DNA of 21,083 nucleotides, filler included, from Parachlamydiales bacterium (GTDB lineage Bacteria > Chlamydiota > Chlamydiia > Chlamydiales > Parachlamydiaceae), in the NCBI GenBank assembly GCA_020051075.1. It is 2 parts of 2 records of this genome, joined end to end, with 100 filler letters (N's around TTAATTAATTAA, not from the genome) between each part and the next. Parts side by side here need not be neighbours in the genome. Positions count along the whole stretch, not along the records: positions 1 to 13,660 come from JAGVJP010000071.1; positions 13,761 to 21,083 come from JAGVJP010000006.1. One strand, 5' to 3'. The notes beneath the pieces were generated by a model. The model worked only from the letters and a program-made list of their open reading frames with translations. It searched no databases and had not been told where the DNA came from. The translations under genes were made by a program, and so were the position numbers. Of this stretch, positions 9,602-17,405 are shown one piece after another. Each line of letters starts with the position of its first letter. Position 1 is the first letter of the stretch.

Positions 9602-10021
9602 ATGAATGAGTCAATTTCTTTAAGAAGAGGAAGAACATGTGTTTTTCTTATGCATGTACATTTGGTCTTTGTAACAAAATACAGACGCAAAATATTCACT
9701 AAACTGATATTACAGGAATTGAGAGAGATTTTTCAAAGTGTTTGTCGAGATTTTGAATCCACACTTGTAGAATTTGAAGGAGAAGGTGATCATGTGCATC
9801 TATTGATTGAATACCCTCCAAAAGTAGCTGTGTCCAAATTAGTTAACAGCCTTAAGGGAGTCTCTTCTCGTCTTATCAGAAAGCAAAATTATCCCACTAT
9901 TCAAAAGGCATTATGGGGAGGCAACCTCTGGTCACCCAGTTATTTTGCTGGAGCTTGCGGAGGTGCACCGCTATCTATTATTCGTCAATACATTGAACAA
10001 CAGCAAACTCCTAGCGATTAG
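9602..10021 (+). CDS. tnpA: IS200/IS605 HUH (Y1) transposase TnpA
   Basis: HLVFVTKYRR, DHVHLL (HUH), LKGVSSR, LWSPSYF and catalytic Tyr in RQYIEQQ. Confidence 0.95.
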   Translation: MNESISLRRGRTCVFLMHVHLVFVTKYRRKIFTKLILQELREIFQSVCRDFESTLVEFEGEGDHVHLLIEYPPKVAVSKLVNSLKGVSSRLIRKQNYPTIQKALWGGNLWSPSYFAGACGGAPLSIIRQYIEQQQTPSD

Positions 10022-10070
10022 GCGCGATTCATCTCGGCCCTAAAAGGCCGAGTTTTCTCGCGTCCGGGGG

Positions 10071-10094
10071 ATAAACTGGGGCTTCATGATCCAC
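10071..10094 (-). pseudogene. N-terminal 8 codons (MDHEAPVY) of the methyltransferase gene disrupted by the IS
   Basis: TAAGGAG RBS overlapping the DUF2933 stop, then GTG GAT CAT GAA GCC CCA GTT TAT, ending at the TTTAT target. Confidence 0.6.
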
Positions 10095-10104
10095 AATGAA
10101 CTCC

Positions 10105-10350
10105 TTAATGGTGGTGTGTTTCTTGGTTTTCTTTGCCCTTATCATCACTATCGCCTCCATGATGATGTCCGTGGCCATGAAAGATATGAATTAATGGACA
10201 GGCAAGTAATAGCAACCAAGGCAATATTCCCAAAAGATGAGCCGCATGTTCTGTGATGAGAAAAAAGCCAATCACGACTAAAAATCCAAATAATACTATA
10301 TAAGTTGGAGATGCCCAAGTTAACTTCGAAGGATGATCAGAATGGTTCAT
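10105..10350 (-). CDS. DUF2933-family small membrane protein with His-rich tail (copper-cluster associated)
   Basis: TEHAAHLLGILPWLLLLACPLIHIFHGHGHHHGG signature and GAGG RBS. Confidence 0.85.
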   Translation of the reverse strand: MNHSDHPSKLTWASPTYIVLFGFLVVIGFFLITEHAAHLLGILPWLLLLACPLIHIFHGHGHHHGGDSDDKGKENQETHHH

Positions 10351-10380
10351 AATTTCCTCATAAAAGATTTCATCTTTAAT

Positions 10381-10674
10381 TCAAAAGCGTGGCGTATACT
10401 CCAGACAATTTTCGTTGGTTAATATGTGATTATCTCCCTGCTCATATTGAGTGTCGTTGATGAGAACTTTGAACTCGCATGAATTAAATGATTGTTCAGG
10501 TTCCCATACCCATTCATCAGGCCGTGTATTCAGTAGCATGATTCCTTTATCCCAACTAAGGTTAGCACCATTTCCTCGAATGAAAATGCTATTGTTGAAT
10601 CCCACATCACAATGAATCACAACACGGGTAAGCTTGTCTTTTGCTTTCTTTTTCTCATTGCTAGAAACGGTCAC
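10381..10674 (-). CDS. Small CBM20-like (starch-binding-type) domain protein; start uncertain
   Basis: DVGFNNSIFIRGNGANLSWDKG..W.W....CEFKVLIND..YEQGDNH pattern. Confidence 0.6.
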   Translation of the reverse strand: MTVSSNEKKKAKDKLTRVVIHCDVGFNNSIFIRGNGANLSWDKGIMLLNTRPDEWVWEPEQSFNSCEFKVLINDTQYEQGDNHILTNENCLEYTPRF

Positions 10675-10729
10675 GGAAATAAACGCATCAACCTAAGAAA
10701 GATTAATAGGGAATTGGGGTGTGATCCCA

Positions 10730-10964
10730 CCCTGTTGCTCAATTCTTTTTCACTTACGTCGGTGGTCCAAATATAGCAACCATCAAATGCAGATTTGGTC
10801 TTTAATTTTTCCTCATCGAGTTGCAACACAAGCTGCCTCTTAATGATATTCACATTGACCCACTCAAAAACGCACAATGTTTTAAGAACCTTTTGAATCC
10901 TTGTCTTTGCCGTATAAGGGGAAGCTTTTAATTTTTCACTCAGTCTCAGATTTTCTTGATCCAC
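10730..10964 (-). pseudogene. IS1634-like transposase internal fragment
   Basis: LDEEKLKTKSAFDGCYIWTTDV resembles the IS1634 'DG.Y...TD' motif. No ends or full ORF. Confidence 0.55.
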
Positions 10965-10982
10965 TTTCCTTTGAGCGGTTTC

Positions 10983-11026
10983 AAATTGAGGTAACCACCC
11001 CGCAAGTGGGGTGGTTACCTCAATTT
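10983..11026. terminator. Perfect 19-bp hairpin, probable (bidirectional) terminator after the Cys-rich genes
   Basis: AAATTGAGGTAACCACCCC-GCAAGT-GGGGTGGTTACCTCAATTT, 28 nt past stop 11055. Confidence 0.7.
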
Positions 11027-11054
11027 TATGGGCACTTGTGCAATTTTTTACATA

Positions 11055-11285
11055 TTAATTGTAGCTACAATTACTTCCACAAGAGCAATTATAACCACAT
11101 TGACAATTCTCTCCGCACTGACAAGTTTGAGTAAAACACTGACATCCCGACCTAGAAAAACATCCACAATGTCTTTCTGATGTGCATGCACAGTTTTGGC
11201 AATTGCAATGACTCATTGTTGGGGCAGCAGAAAGAAAGCTTACTGCCATAAGGGACGCTCCTAAGAAGCCTAATAATGTTTTCAT
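11055..11285 (-). CDS. Cys-rich metallothionein-like protein with N-terminal signal peptide
   Basis: AGGAG RBS, MKTLLGFLGASLMAVSFLSA leader, and 15 Cys (seven CxC) in the last ~50 aa. Confidence 0.75.
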   Translation of the reverse strand: MKTLLGFLGASLMAVSFLSAAPTMSHCNCQNCACTSERHCGCFSRSGCQCFTQTCQCGENCQCGYNCSCGSNCSYN

Positions 11286-11346
11286 TTTTTCTCCTTTTGG
11301 TTATTGAAAGAGACTTTAACAACAGCTTTAGCTATTATTAAAAATG

Positions 11347-11601
11347 CTATTTCAGATTATTTTTTCTACAAATACAATGGGTGCCACATAAGCAACCTAT
11401 ATCACATTCACAGTGCCTTTCCTGAGTGAATCGGGAGATTTTTCCACTCGTTCCAATAGATTGGGTTATGCTAAGAAATGCTATGGCAACAAGAGAGATA
11501 CCTATGAATCCAAATAACAATGTTTTATTGTTTTTTAATATACCATAAGACTCTTGTCCGCTGACATCATTAAAGTTAAAGGTTTCACTATGAAATAGCA
11601 T
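11347..11601 (-). CDS. Paralogous small Cys-rich membrane/exported protein
   Basis: AGGAGG RBS. KTLLFGFIGISLVAIAFLS and TQERHCEC align with the neighbour's KTLLGFLGASLMAVSFLS and TSERHCGC. Three CxC motifs. Confidence 0.6.
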   Translation of the reverse strand: MLFHSETFNFNDVSGQESYGILKNNKTLLFGFIGISLVAIAFLSITQSIGTSGKISRFTQERHCECDIGCLCGTHCICRKNNLK

Positions 11602-11620
11602 TCAAGCCTCCTGTTGGGGT

Positions 11621-11926
11621 TCATTCAAATCTTTTAATTAATTCGCGAATTTCATCGATTTTTTTCCTCTGTTCATCATGATTTTTAGAAAGACAGGCCT
11701 TAGATACACAAGAGGACAAATGTGTATCTAAAATAAGCAATTCAATGCTTTTAATAGCTGAGCGTATAGCGCGAAGCTGGGTTAGGATTTCAGGGCAATA
11801 TCTTCCATCTTCGATCATTTTTTTGATCCCCTCTATTTGTCCACTTACTCTATTTAGATGAGACAATTGCTTATGGTGTGAAGGATATTGAGATGGTTGA
11901 TTGTGACAACACGATTTATCCGGCAT
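11621..11926 (-). CDS. csoR: CsoR/RcnR-family metal-sensing repressor
   Basis: LNRVSGQIEGIKKMIEDGRYCPEILTQLRA..HLSSC gives the Cys-His-Cys Cu(I) ligand set. Confidence 0.88.
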   Translation of the reverse strand: MPDKSCCHNQPSQYPSHHKQLSHLNRVSGQIEGIKKMIEDGRYCPEILTQLRAIRSAIKSIELLILDTHLSSCVSKACLSKNHDEQRKKIDEIRELIKRFE

Positions 11927-11942
11927 GGGAATTCCTTATTTT

Positions 11943-11983
11943 TACCATACCCCAGTATGGTATATGATTCGAGAATATGTCAA
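11943..11983 (-). promoter_or_regulatory. csoR promoter with overlapping CsoR-type operator
   Basis: Minus strand TTGACA (11983-11978)-N18-CATACT. Palindrome TACCATAC-CCCA-GTATGGTA (11943-11962), with a central C/G tract, covers the -10. Confidence 0.75.
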
Positions 11984-12064
11984 TATGGAAATATTAACAT
12001 CTAAAAAATACACAAACTGAATAAAAAATATCAAAAACCAAACAAAGATAAACAGGATCGCCTG

Positions 12065-12138
12065 CGGCGGCAGGATAAATTCAGTCGCCCGAAACTGGCT
12101 CTGTGTTTTGATCGATCTGCAAAAATATCCTGCCGCCG
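12065..12138. repeat. 13-bp perfect inverted repeat with 48-bp spacer
   Basis: CGGCGGCAGGATA ... TATCCTGCCGCCG; GC-rich in an AT-rich context. Confidence 0.7.
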
Positions 12139-12139
12139 T

Positions 12140-12241
12140 TTCTCTTCCTCTACAGTCTGCTGCCCCCAATGCTGTAGAAAGGAGCACAAAGATGGTTCAG
12201 TCACTTACTATCACCAAATGCTAGGCGCTTGCATCGTTCAT
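12140..12241 (+). pseudogene. DDE (ISNCY/IS4-like) transposase fragment
   Basis: Manual translation FSSSTVCCPQCCRKEHKDGSVTYYHQMLGACIVH resembles the 'FSS..IHC..C......G..TYYHQML' transposase motif. Confidence 0.6.
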
Positions 12242-12275
12242 TGTGCATCTCCTCCTCTTATCAAATTCGTTGCTC

Positions 12276-12452
12276 TCATTTCTCGCTGCTGATTAGTCCG
12301 GTATTTAAACGCAGCCAATCGTTAATCTTAATTAGAACCTGGGTAATATTTGTTGGTAGATCATGTAAATTTTCTGCACGCAAATTTTTTAGATACTCGC
12401 CCCAGAAATTTTGTACTTGAGACATTTCATCCGCTTCATAAGTAATTGGCAA
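12276..12452 (-). pseudogene. C-terminal gene fragment, possibly from an AbiEii-type nucleotidyltransferase
   Basis: Open frame LPITYEADEMSQVQNFWGEYLKNLRAENLHDLPTNITQVLIKINDWL..*. Family call is from pattern recall only. Confidence 0.3.
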
Positions 12453-12485
12453 GTCCAGTGGCAGCGATGCTCGCAGGCCAATCCG
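12449..12485. repeat. 37-bp direct repeat of 8090-8126 (glucoamylase-family N-terminal piece)
   Basis: GCAAGTCCAGTGGCAGCGATGCTYGCAGGCCAATCCG, 36/37 identical. Confidence 0.9.
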
Positions 12486-12583
12486 ACACCATCGTTTGAT
12501 AAAAAACTTTGTGTTGTTTTATCACCTTGACAATATCGAAATTCAAAGATATACCGATAATAGAACGAATTAAAGGAAAATTT

Positions 12584-13105
12584 ATGATTAATGCGGTTAT
12601 GGTCTTTTTAATATTAAGTTCATTCTTATTTATATATCCTTTAGCAGGAAATTCGAATGAAATTTCCGCTATAGTTGAACATCAAAAAACGATCTTAGAA
12701 GAAATACGACAGAATCCCTCTTTGAGCACCCTGGCAAAAATTATCTCTAATACCTACCTTGTCGATGTTTTAGAAAGCGAAGGTCCCTTTACACTATTTG
12801 CTCCTTCTAATGAAGCGTTTGCTAAATTAGCTCCTGGGACTTTAGATGATTGGCTTAAACCGAACAATAAAGAAATACTTACGAAAATTTTAGAATACCA
12901 TATAGCCTTAGGAAAAATAACTTTGGAAGATTTGAAAAAAAATAGTGGATTAATGACTCTCAGTGGCCAACATGTTAGTATAAAAACCGATAACAACAAC
13001 ATGACAGTTAACAATGTTGATTTGACCAAATCTAATTTTGAATATTCTAATGGTATTGTCTACATCATCGATCAAGTGCTAGTTCCAAAAATGACTGTCA
13101 AATAG
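12584..13105 (+). CDS. Second fasciclin (FAS1) domain protein, paralog of 5156-5668
   Basis: Same TAAAGGAAA RBS context and MIN start, with colinear similarity throughout. ATG 12584 preferred over the ORF-track start. Confidence 0.88.
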   Translation: MINAVMVFLILSSFLFIYPLAGNSNEISAIVEHQKTILEEIRQNPSLSTLAKIISNTYLVDVLESEGPFTLFAPSNEAFAKLAPGTLDDWLKPNNKEILTKILEYHIALGKITLEDLKKNSGLMTLSGQHVSIKTDNNNMTVNNVDLTKSNFEYSNGIVYIIDQVLVPKMTVK

Positions 13106-13161
13106 TAGAATCTTTCTACATTGATTGAAGAATTTTTTTCCTGAGCAGGGATTGACGACAA

Positions 13162-13660
13162 TCACAACCACCCCCCACTAAACCCTGCACGCTGCAACCC
13201 GGTTTTGATATAGGAGCAGTCTCGCATTAATTGCCACATCAGACCACTGTGATAGTTCTCGATCATTAGGACAATCGGTCCTTGATTGAGCCCAAAATGC
13301 CAAGGCGACACCCAGAATCCATAAGGATTACCCGGCTCACCTGGATGTGTTGGGTTGAATGCAGCTTTGAAGCCGTACCGGTTAAATTTCGTCAACTTCG
13401 CCTGGTGAATACAGTAATCTAGCGTGGGAAGTACAATTTCCGGAGCGAAAGGTAAAGATGCAACAACTGCCCAAGGTGCGAGCGTGCCGTCATCGGGTCC
13501 ATATGGCACACCGCGGCCCAGATAATCGTAAAATATGCGCTCAATTCCTCCTAACTTAATTGTGCTTGGGCCTGGGCCCTCGCTCGCAGTAATTCCCCAG
13601 CAGCACCCACAATAATCTGCAAACCTAAGCGGGTTATCAATCGCATAGCGTTGCTGTACA
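13162..13660 (-). CDS. Glucoamylase-family (GH144-like) glycoside hydrolase, 3' part (5' end lost in the gap)
   Basis: Open frame from the gap: VQQRYAIDNP..WGITASEGPG..PDDGTLAPWA..GLNQGPIVLMIENY..GLQRAGFSGGWL. Confidence 0.8.
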
Positions 13661-13760
13661 NNNNNNNNNNNNNNNNNNNNNNNNNNNNNNNNNNNNNNNN
13701 NNNNTTAATTAATTAANNNNNNNNNNNNNNNNNNNNNNNNNNNNNNNNNNNNNNNNNNNN
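13661..13760. other. Artificial contig linker / assembly gap
   Basis: 44 N + TTAATTAATTAA (stops in all six frames) + 44 N. Confidence 0.97.
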
Positions 13761-13847
13761 ATTTGCAGTCGTAATTGTCGTCGTTATGCAATTATAATTG
13801 ACGCGAAAGAGACGGAGTGCTCGAATGACTTGACAAATTCACATAGC

Positions 13848-14016
13848 AGGCTAACTCGCCTTTCGTGCCTGTGCCCGTGCCCGGGTCCCTTTTCATGCCC
13901 GAATTTTTCGTGAACGATCGTGATATTCCAGAATTTCTCAGGCAATTTCGGACTCTGGCTCGTTCTCGATAAGGGACAATCGGGCACGGGCAGGGGCACG
14001 AAAGGCGAGTTAGCCT
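13848..14016. repeat. 169-bp MITE/REPIN-like element with 36-bp terminal inverted repeats
   Basis: AGGCTAACTCGCCTTTCGTGCCTGTGCCCGTGCCCG versus the reverse complement of 13981-14016: 34/36 identical. Confidence 0.85.
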
Positions 14017-14058
14017 AATGCGTATGCCTTCCCATCCTGCTATCTGTGAGGCAGAAAC

Positions 14059-15555
14059 TCAGGGTTGAATGGCTTGAATGAATCTGTTGGACTTACTGCC
14101 CAAAAGATCATAATCTTTGACGATCTCTTCGAAAATCATTTTGAATTCAAGAACAGTCATCCCAGTCGTTCCTTCAGGCCGTTCACCAATTCTCTTCTTA
14201 AATTCAAAGATAAAGAAATTCATCACCCGCTTTTTCAAGCCAGGATCCGAAGGTGTTTTGAATCCGGTACGTTCAGGCTCATCCCTATGCTTTTGAATAA
14301 TCCTTCCCGCTTGACTTAGAGGTCCTAGAATGATGAATGTTTGCTCGGCCGTCGGATTAGTGATAAAAAATTGAACAAACTCTCTGAGTTCCTCGCTTGT
14401 ATAAGCACAATTGTCTGCAAAATGACATGCAGCGTACATTTCACCATCGTTGTTTTGGAATACTCGCTCCATTACTCGTGTTTGATCCTGGTTTGGAAAT
14501 CGAGTCATCATATTTCTAATCATGTGCTCATAGCGAGGGATGATTGCAATAAGCTCTTTCTTGGTAGATAGTCTCTTGAATTCATCGATGTAATAAACAA
14601 ATAGTTTCTTCATATTATCATCCAGATATGTACCTTCTAGATTCTGGCGTCCTGGGAGAAGGTTTGGGGATGATAGAAGCCTTGTAATATGAGGAGCTCT
14701 TTCCTGCAGCAGTTTTAAAACAACACCTTTACGATCCTTATTTTTCGTAGCCTCCAAACCAATGAAGAGATGATTCAATGTTTCCCGTGTACAATGAAGA
14801 GCATTTTCAAGAACATTGTATTGTGCATCCGTTAAGATGTTACTTGCAGTTGGTTGTTGTAAAGTCGGCAACAGTGAAAGTCCTAACGGTTTGCCTGGAC
14901 CACCATTTAAAGAACTCGGAAGAGTCGGAAGAGTCGGTGTGGGAGGATTTACAGTGAGAATCGGCTGCGTAGGGAATTCATCTTCAAATTGTAGAAAATT
15001 GAATGGTTCGTCATCCGGCTGTGCAGGGGATGCATTGTCATCTAAAAATTCGTAAGGAAAGTCGTCGGACTCAGGTGTTCTTGGTGGAAGGAGGAGAGAT
15101 CGTTCACTTGAACCTAGAGACGGATTCAGAGGAACGCCTAGTCCATCACCATTGGGTCGAGGAGGGTTGACTGTTGAATCTTCAATCACGGGCAATGGTG
15201 AAGAACGCCATTGACTCTTGTCATAAATATACCTCAAAATCATCAGAGCTGTCAAAGTCACGATAACAGCCAAGGAGGCGACTCTGCTAAGTCGGGCACC
15301 CAATAAGATTTTTACCTGAATCATATTAAGCAAGAGTGTAAGAGCTCCAAAACCTAGGACCTTTCTTGGCATTCGCTTGCTTTCATCGACAGGTTGAAAA
15401 CGATTTTCAAGTCGATCAATCAACGCAGAAATCGGGTGATAACAGACGATGTTTATAACAGTTGACACTCCAAGTCGACCGATATCATTGAAGTTGAATC
15501 CCCCTCTAAGGAATGATTCTTGCTGGGCCATTGATTGTTTTACAGATCCTAACAT
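14059..15555 (-). CDS. Hypothetical protein, Inc-like (bilobed hydrophobic segment, Pro-rich linker, helical C-domain)
   Basis: 498-aa ORF with hydrophobic hairpin VLGFGALTLLL..VASLAVIVTLTALMILRYIY. Paralog of the next ORF. Confidence 0.7.
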   Translation of the reverse strand: MLGSVKQSMAQQESFLRGGFNFNDIGRLGVSTVINIVCYHPISALIDRLENRFQPVDESKRMPRKVLGFGALTLLLNMIQVKILLGARLSRVASLAVIVTLTALMILRYIYDKSQWRSSPLPVIEDSTVNPPRPNGDGLGVPLNPSLGSSERSLLLPPRTPESDDFPYEFLDDNASPAQPDDEPFNFLQFEDEFPTQPILTVNPPTPTLPTLPSSLNGGPGKPLGLSLLPTLQQPTASNILTDAQYNVLENALHCTRETLNHLFIGLEATKNKDRKGVVLKLLQERAPHITRLLSSPNLLPGRQNLEGTYLDDNMKKLFVYYIDEFKRLSTKKELIAIIPRYEHMIRNMMTRFPNQDQTRVMERVFQNNDGEMYAACHFADNCAYTSEELREFVQFFITNPTAEQTFIILGPLSQAGRIIQKHRDEPERTGFKTPSDPGLKKRVMNFFIFEFKKRIGERPEGTTGMTVLEFKMIFEEIVKDYDLLGSKSNRFIQAIQP

Positions 15556-15662
15556 TTTTAATCCTAAGAATATTATTAATAATAAAAGAATATCGTATCA
15601 TATTACAAAATTATTTTCAACAACAATTATTTACAATTGATACAATTGTGATTGAAAGAAAC

Positions 15663-17171
15663 TCAGGGTTGAATGGCTAAGATGAATCTGTAGGATTTAC
15701 CTTGCAAAAGCTTATACTCTTCAACTATGTCTGAGAAAATCTCTTTGAACTCAAGAACAGTCATCTCACGTACAGGACGTTCATATAATCTAGCCTTAAA
15801 AAGTGACTTAATGAAATTCATCACCCGATTTTTCAAGCCTGGATCCAAAGGGGTTTTTCCCAGACGTTCAGGTTCTTCCTGATGCTTTTGGACCATTCTT
15901 CCCGCTTGATGCAGAAGAAATAAGATGGTGGATGCTTGCTCAGGCGTAGGATTAGGAATAAACCATCGAACAAACTCTCTGAGTTCCTCGCTTGAATAGG
16001 CACAATTGTCTGCAAAATGACATGCGGCATAGACTTCGTCATCGTTGTCATTGAATAGTCGATGCATCAAACGATTTTGGTTCTCGTTTGGAAATCGGCG
16101 CATCATCCCTTCAATCCAATATTTAAATCTATTAGGAATGATAGGATTATTATTTGAATTTGAAAAGGGACGCATGGATCTTCCGATTTTAGAAGAGTAA
16201 CGGATGAATTCTTCGATGTAGTAATCAAATAATTTCTTCATATTGTCATCCAGATATGGACCTGCTCGATTCTGGCCTTCCGGAAGAAAATCTCTGAGCG
16301 AAAGTAAGTGTGTGAAATTTACTGCTTGACGACGCAACTCTTTGAAAACAATTGCTTTAAGCACAGGATCTCGATGCGCACTTAAACCAGTAAAGAGAAA
16401 ATTCAGTGTTTCACGTCTACAATGAAGGGTATTTTCAAGAATACGATATTGATCCTCAGTTAAAATGTTCTCTGCTATGGGTTTCTGGAAATTCGGCAAC
16501 AGTGAAAACTTTAAAGGCTGGCCTTGACTCGTATTTAAATGATTTAGGAGAGGTGGATTTGATGATGATGATGCAGTGACAGAGCGATTTGGTACAGGAT
16601 TTGCTGGTCGTGGAGCAGTAGGAATCGGCGGGTAACGATTGTGACTATTTTGGTTTCGATCTGGTCCCAAGCCAGGATTATTCCTTTCTCGGGGAGGATT
16701 AGGGTTGGTGACATGACCGACATCTTGTCCACGATTGGAAGTTGGGAGAGATGGATTGACAGTTGCCTCTTGAGGTCTGGGTGATGGTGAAGAAACCCCT
16801 TTAGTCTTATTATACGCAATTTCTCCATGCAGCTGAACTATATACGCCAAAGTCATCAGAGCTGTCAAAGTCACAATAACTGCTACGTAGGCAACGATGC
16901 CAAGTCGAGCGCCGAATAAGATTTTTACCTGAACAAGATTAAGCAGGATTGTAAGGCTTGAAAAAGCGATCACTTTTCTAGAAAATTTTTTGCTTTCCTC
17001 TATCGTTTGAAGACGATTTTCTAACCGATCAATCAACGAAGAAATCGGGTGATAACAGAGGATATTTATAGAAGACGCCAATCCAAAACGACCGAGGTTA
17101 TTGTAGTTTACCCCTCCTCTAAGAAATGATCCTTGAGATGGGAGAATCGACTGTTGTACAGCTCCTAACAT
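15663..17171 (-). CDS. Hypothetical protein, Inc-like tandem paralog
   Basis: 502-aa ORF sharing the N-terminus (FLRGG..CYHPIS.LIDRLENR) and C-domain (YAACHFADNCAY.SEELREFV..DPGLK.RVMNF..AIQP). Confidence 0.7.
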   Translation of the reverse strand: MLGAVQQSILPSQGSFLRGGVNYNNLGRFGLASSINILCYHPISSLIDRLENRLQTIEESKKFSRKVIAFSSLTILLNLVQVKILFGARLGIVAYVAVIVTLTALMTLAYIVQLHGEIAYNKTKGVSSPSPRPQEATVNPSLPTSNRGQDVGHVTNPNPPRERNNPGLGPDRNQNSHNRYPPIPTAPRPANPVPNRSVTASSSSNPPLLNHLNTSQGQPLKFSLLPNFQKPIAENILTEDQYRILENTLHCRRETLNFLFTGLSAHRDPVLKAIVFKELRRQAVNFTHLLSLRDFLPEGQNRAGPYLDDNMKKLFDYYIEEFIRYSSKIGRSMRPFSNSNNNPIIPNRFKYWIEGMMRRFPNENQNRLMHRLFNDNDDEVYAACHFADNCAYSSEELREFVRWFIPNPTPEQASTILFLLHQAGRMVQKHQEEPERLGKTPLDPGLKNRVMNFIKSLFKARLYERPVREMTVLEFKEIFSDIVEEYKLLQGKSYRFILAIQP

Positions 17172-17405
17172 TTTTTACCCTAAGAGTATTATAAATTATA
17201 ATCTAAATAATTTATCAATTTTATCGCATTATTTGAATTGTTTTCAATAAAAAAACCAATAGATTATGTTGAAAAGAATCTGGGGCATAGAATAAAAAAT
17301 TGTTTATTAACTTGAAAAGCCAACGGTGCACATGCTGCTAACTATTTGTCGCTAGCTTTTATTGGGAAAATCGTTACACTATACCCTTTTTTAAAGATAC
17401 ATGAT

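Larger units (their letters stand above)
8441..10070 (-). mobile_element. Complete IS200/IS605-family element, IS605 group (divergent tnpA and tnpB), 1630 bp
   Basis: Left-end hairpin CTCGGCC/GGCCGAG (10033-10052) and right-end hairpin TCGCC-TAAA-GGCGA (8453-8466). Target TTTAT (minus; 10071-10075) and right end ..GTCAC, with no target duplication. Confidence 0.93.

Noticed and set aside
12509..12583. N-terminal extension of fasciclin 2 in the ORF track
   Set aside because: Paralog alignment and the RBS place the start at 12584.
13705..13716. TTAATTAATTAA palindrome
   Set aside because: Synthetic linker inside the N run. No synteny should be inferred across it.
13784..13999. 71-aa ORF with a GHGHRH motif
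   Set aside because: It arises from the GTGCCC repeat arms of the IR element.
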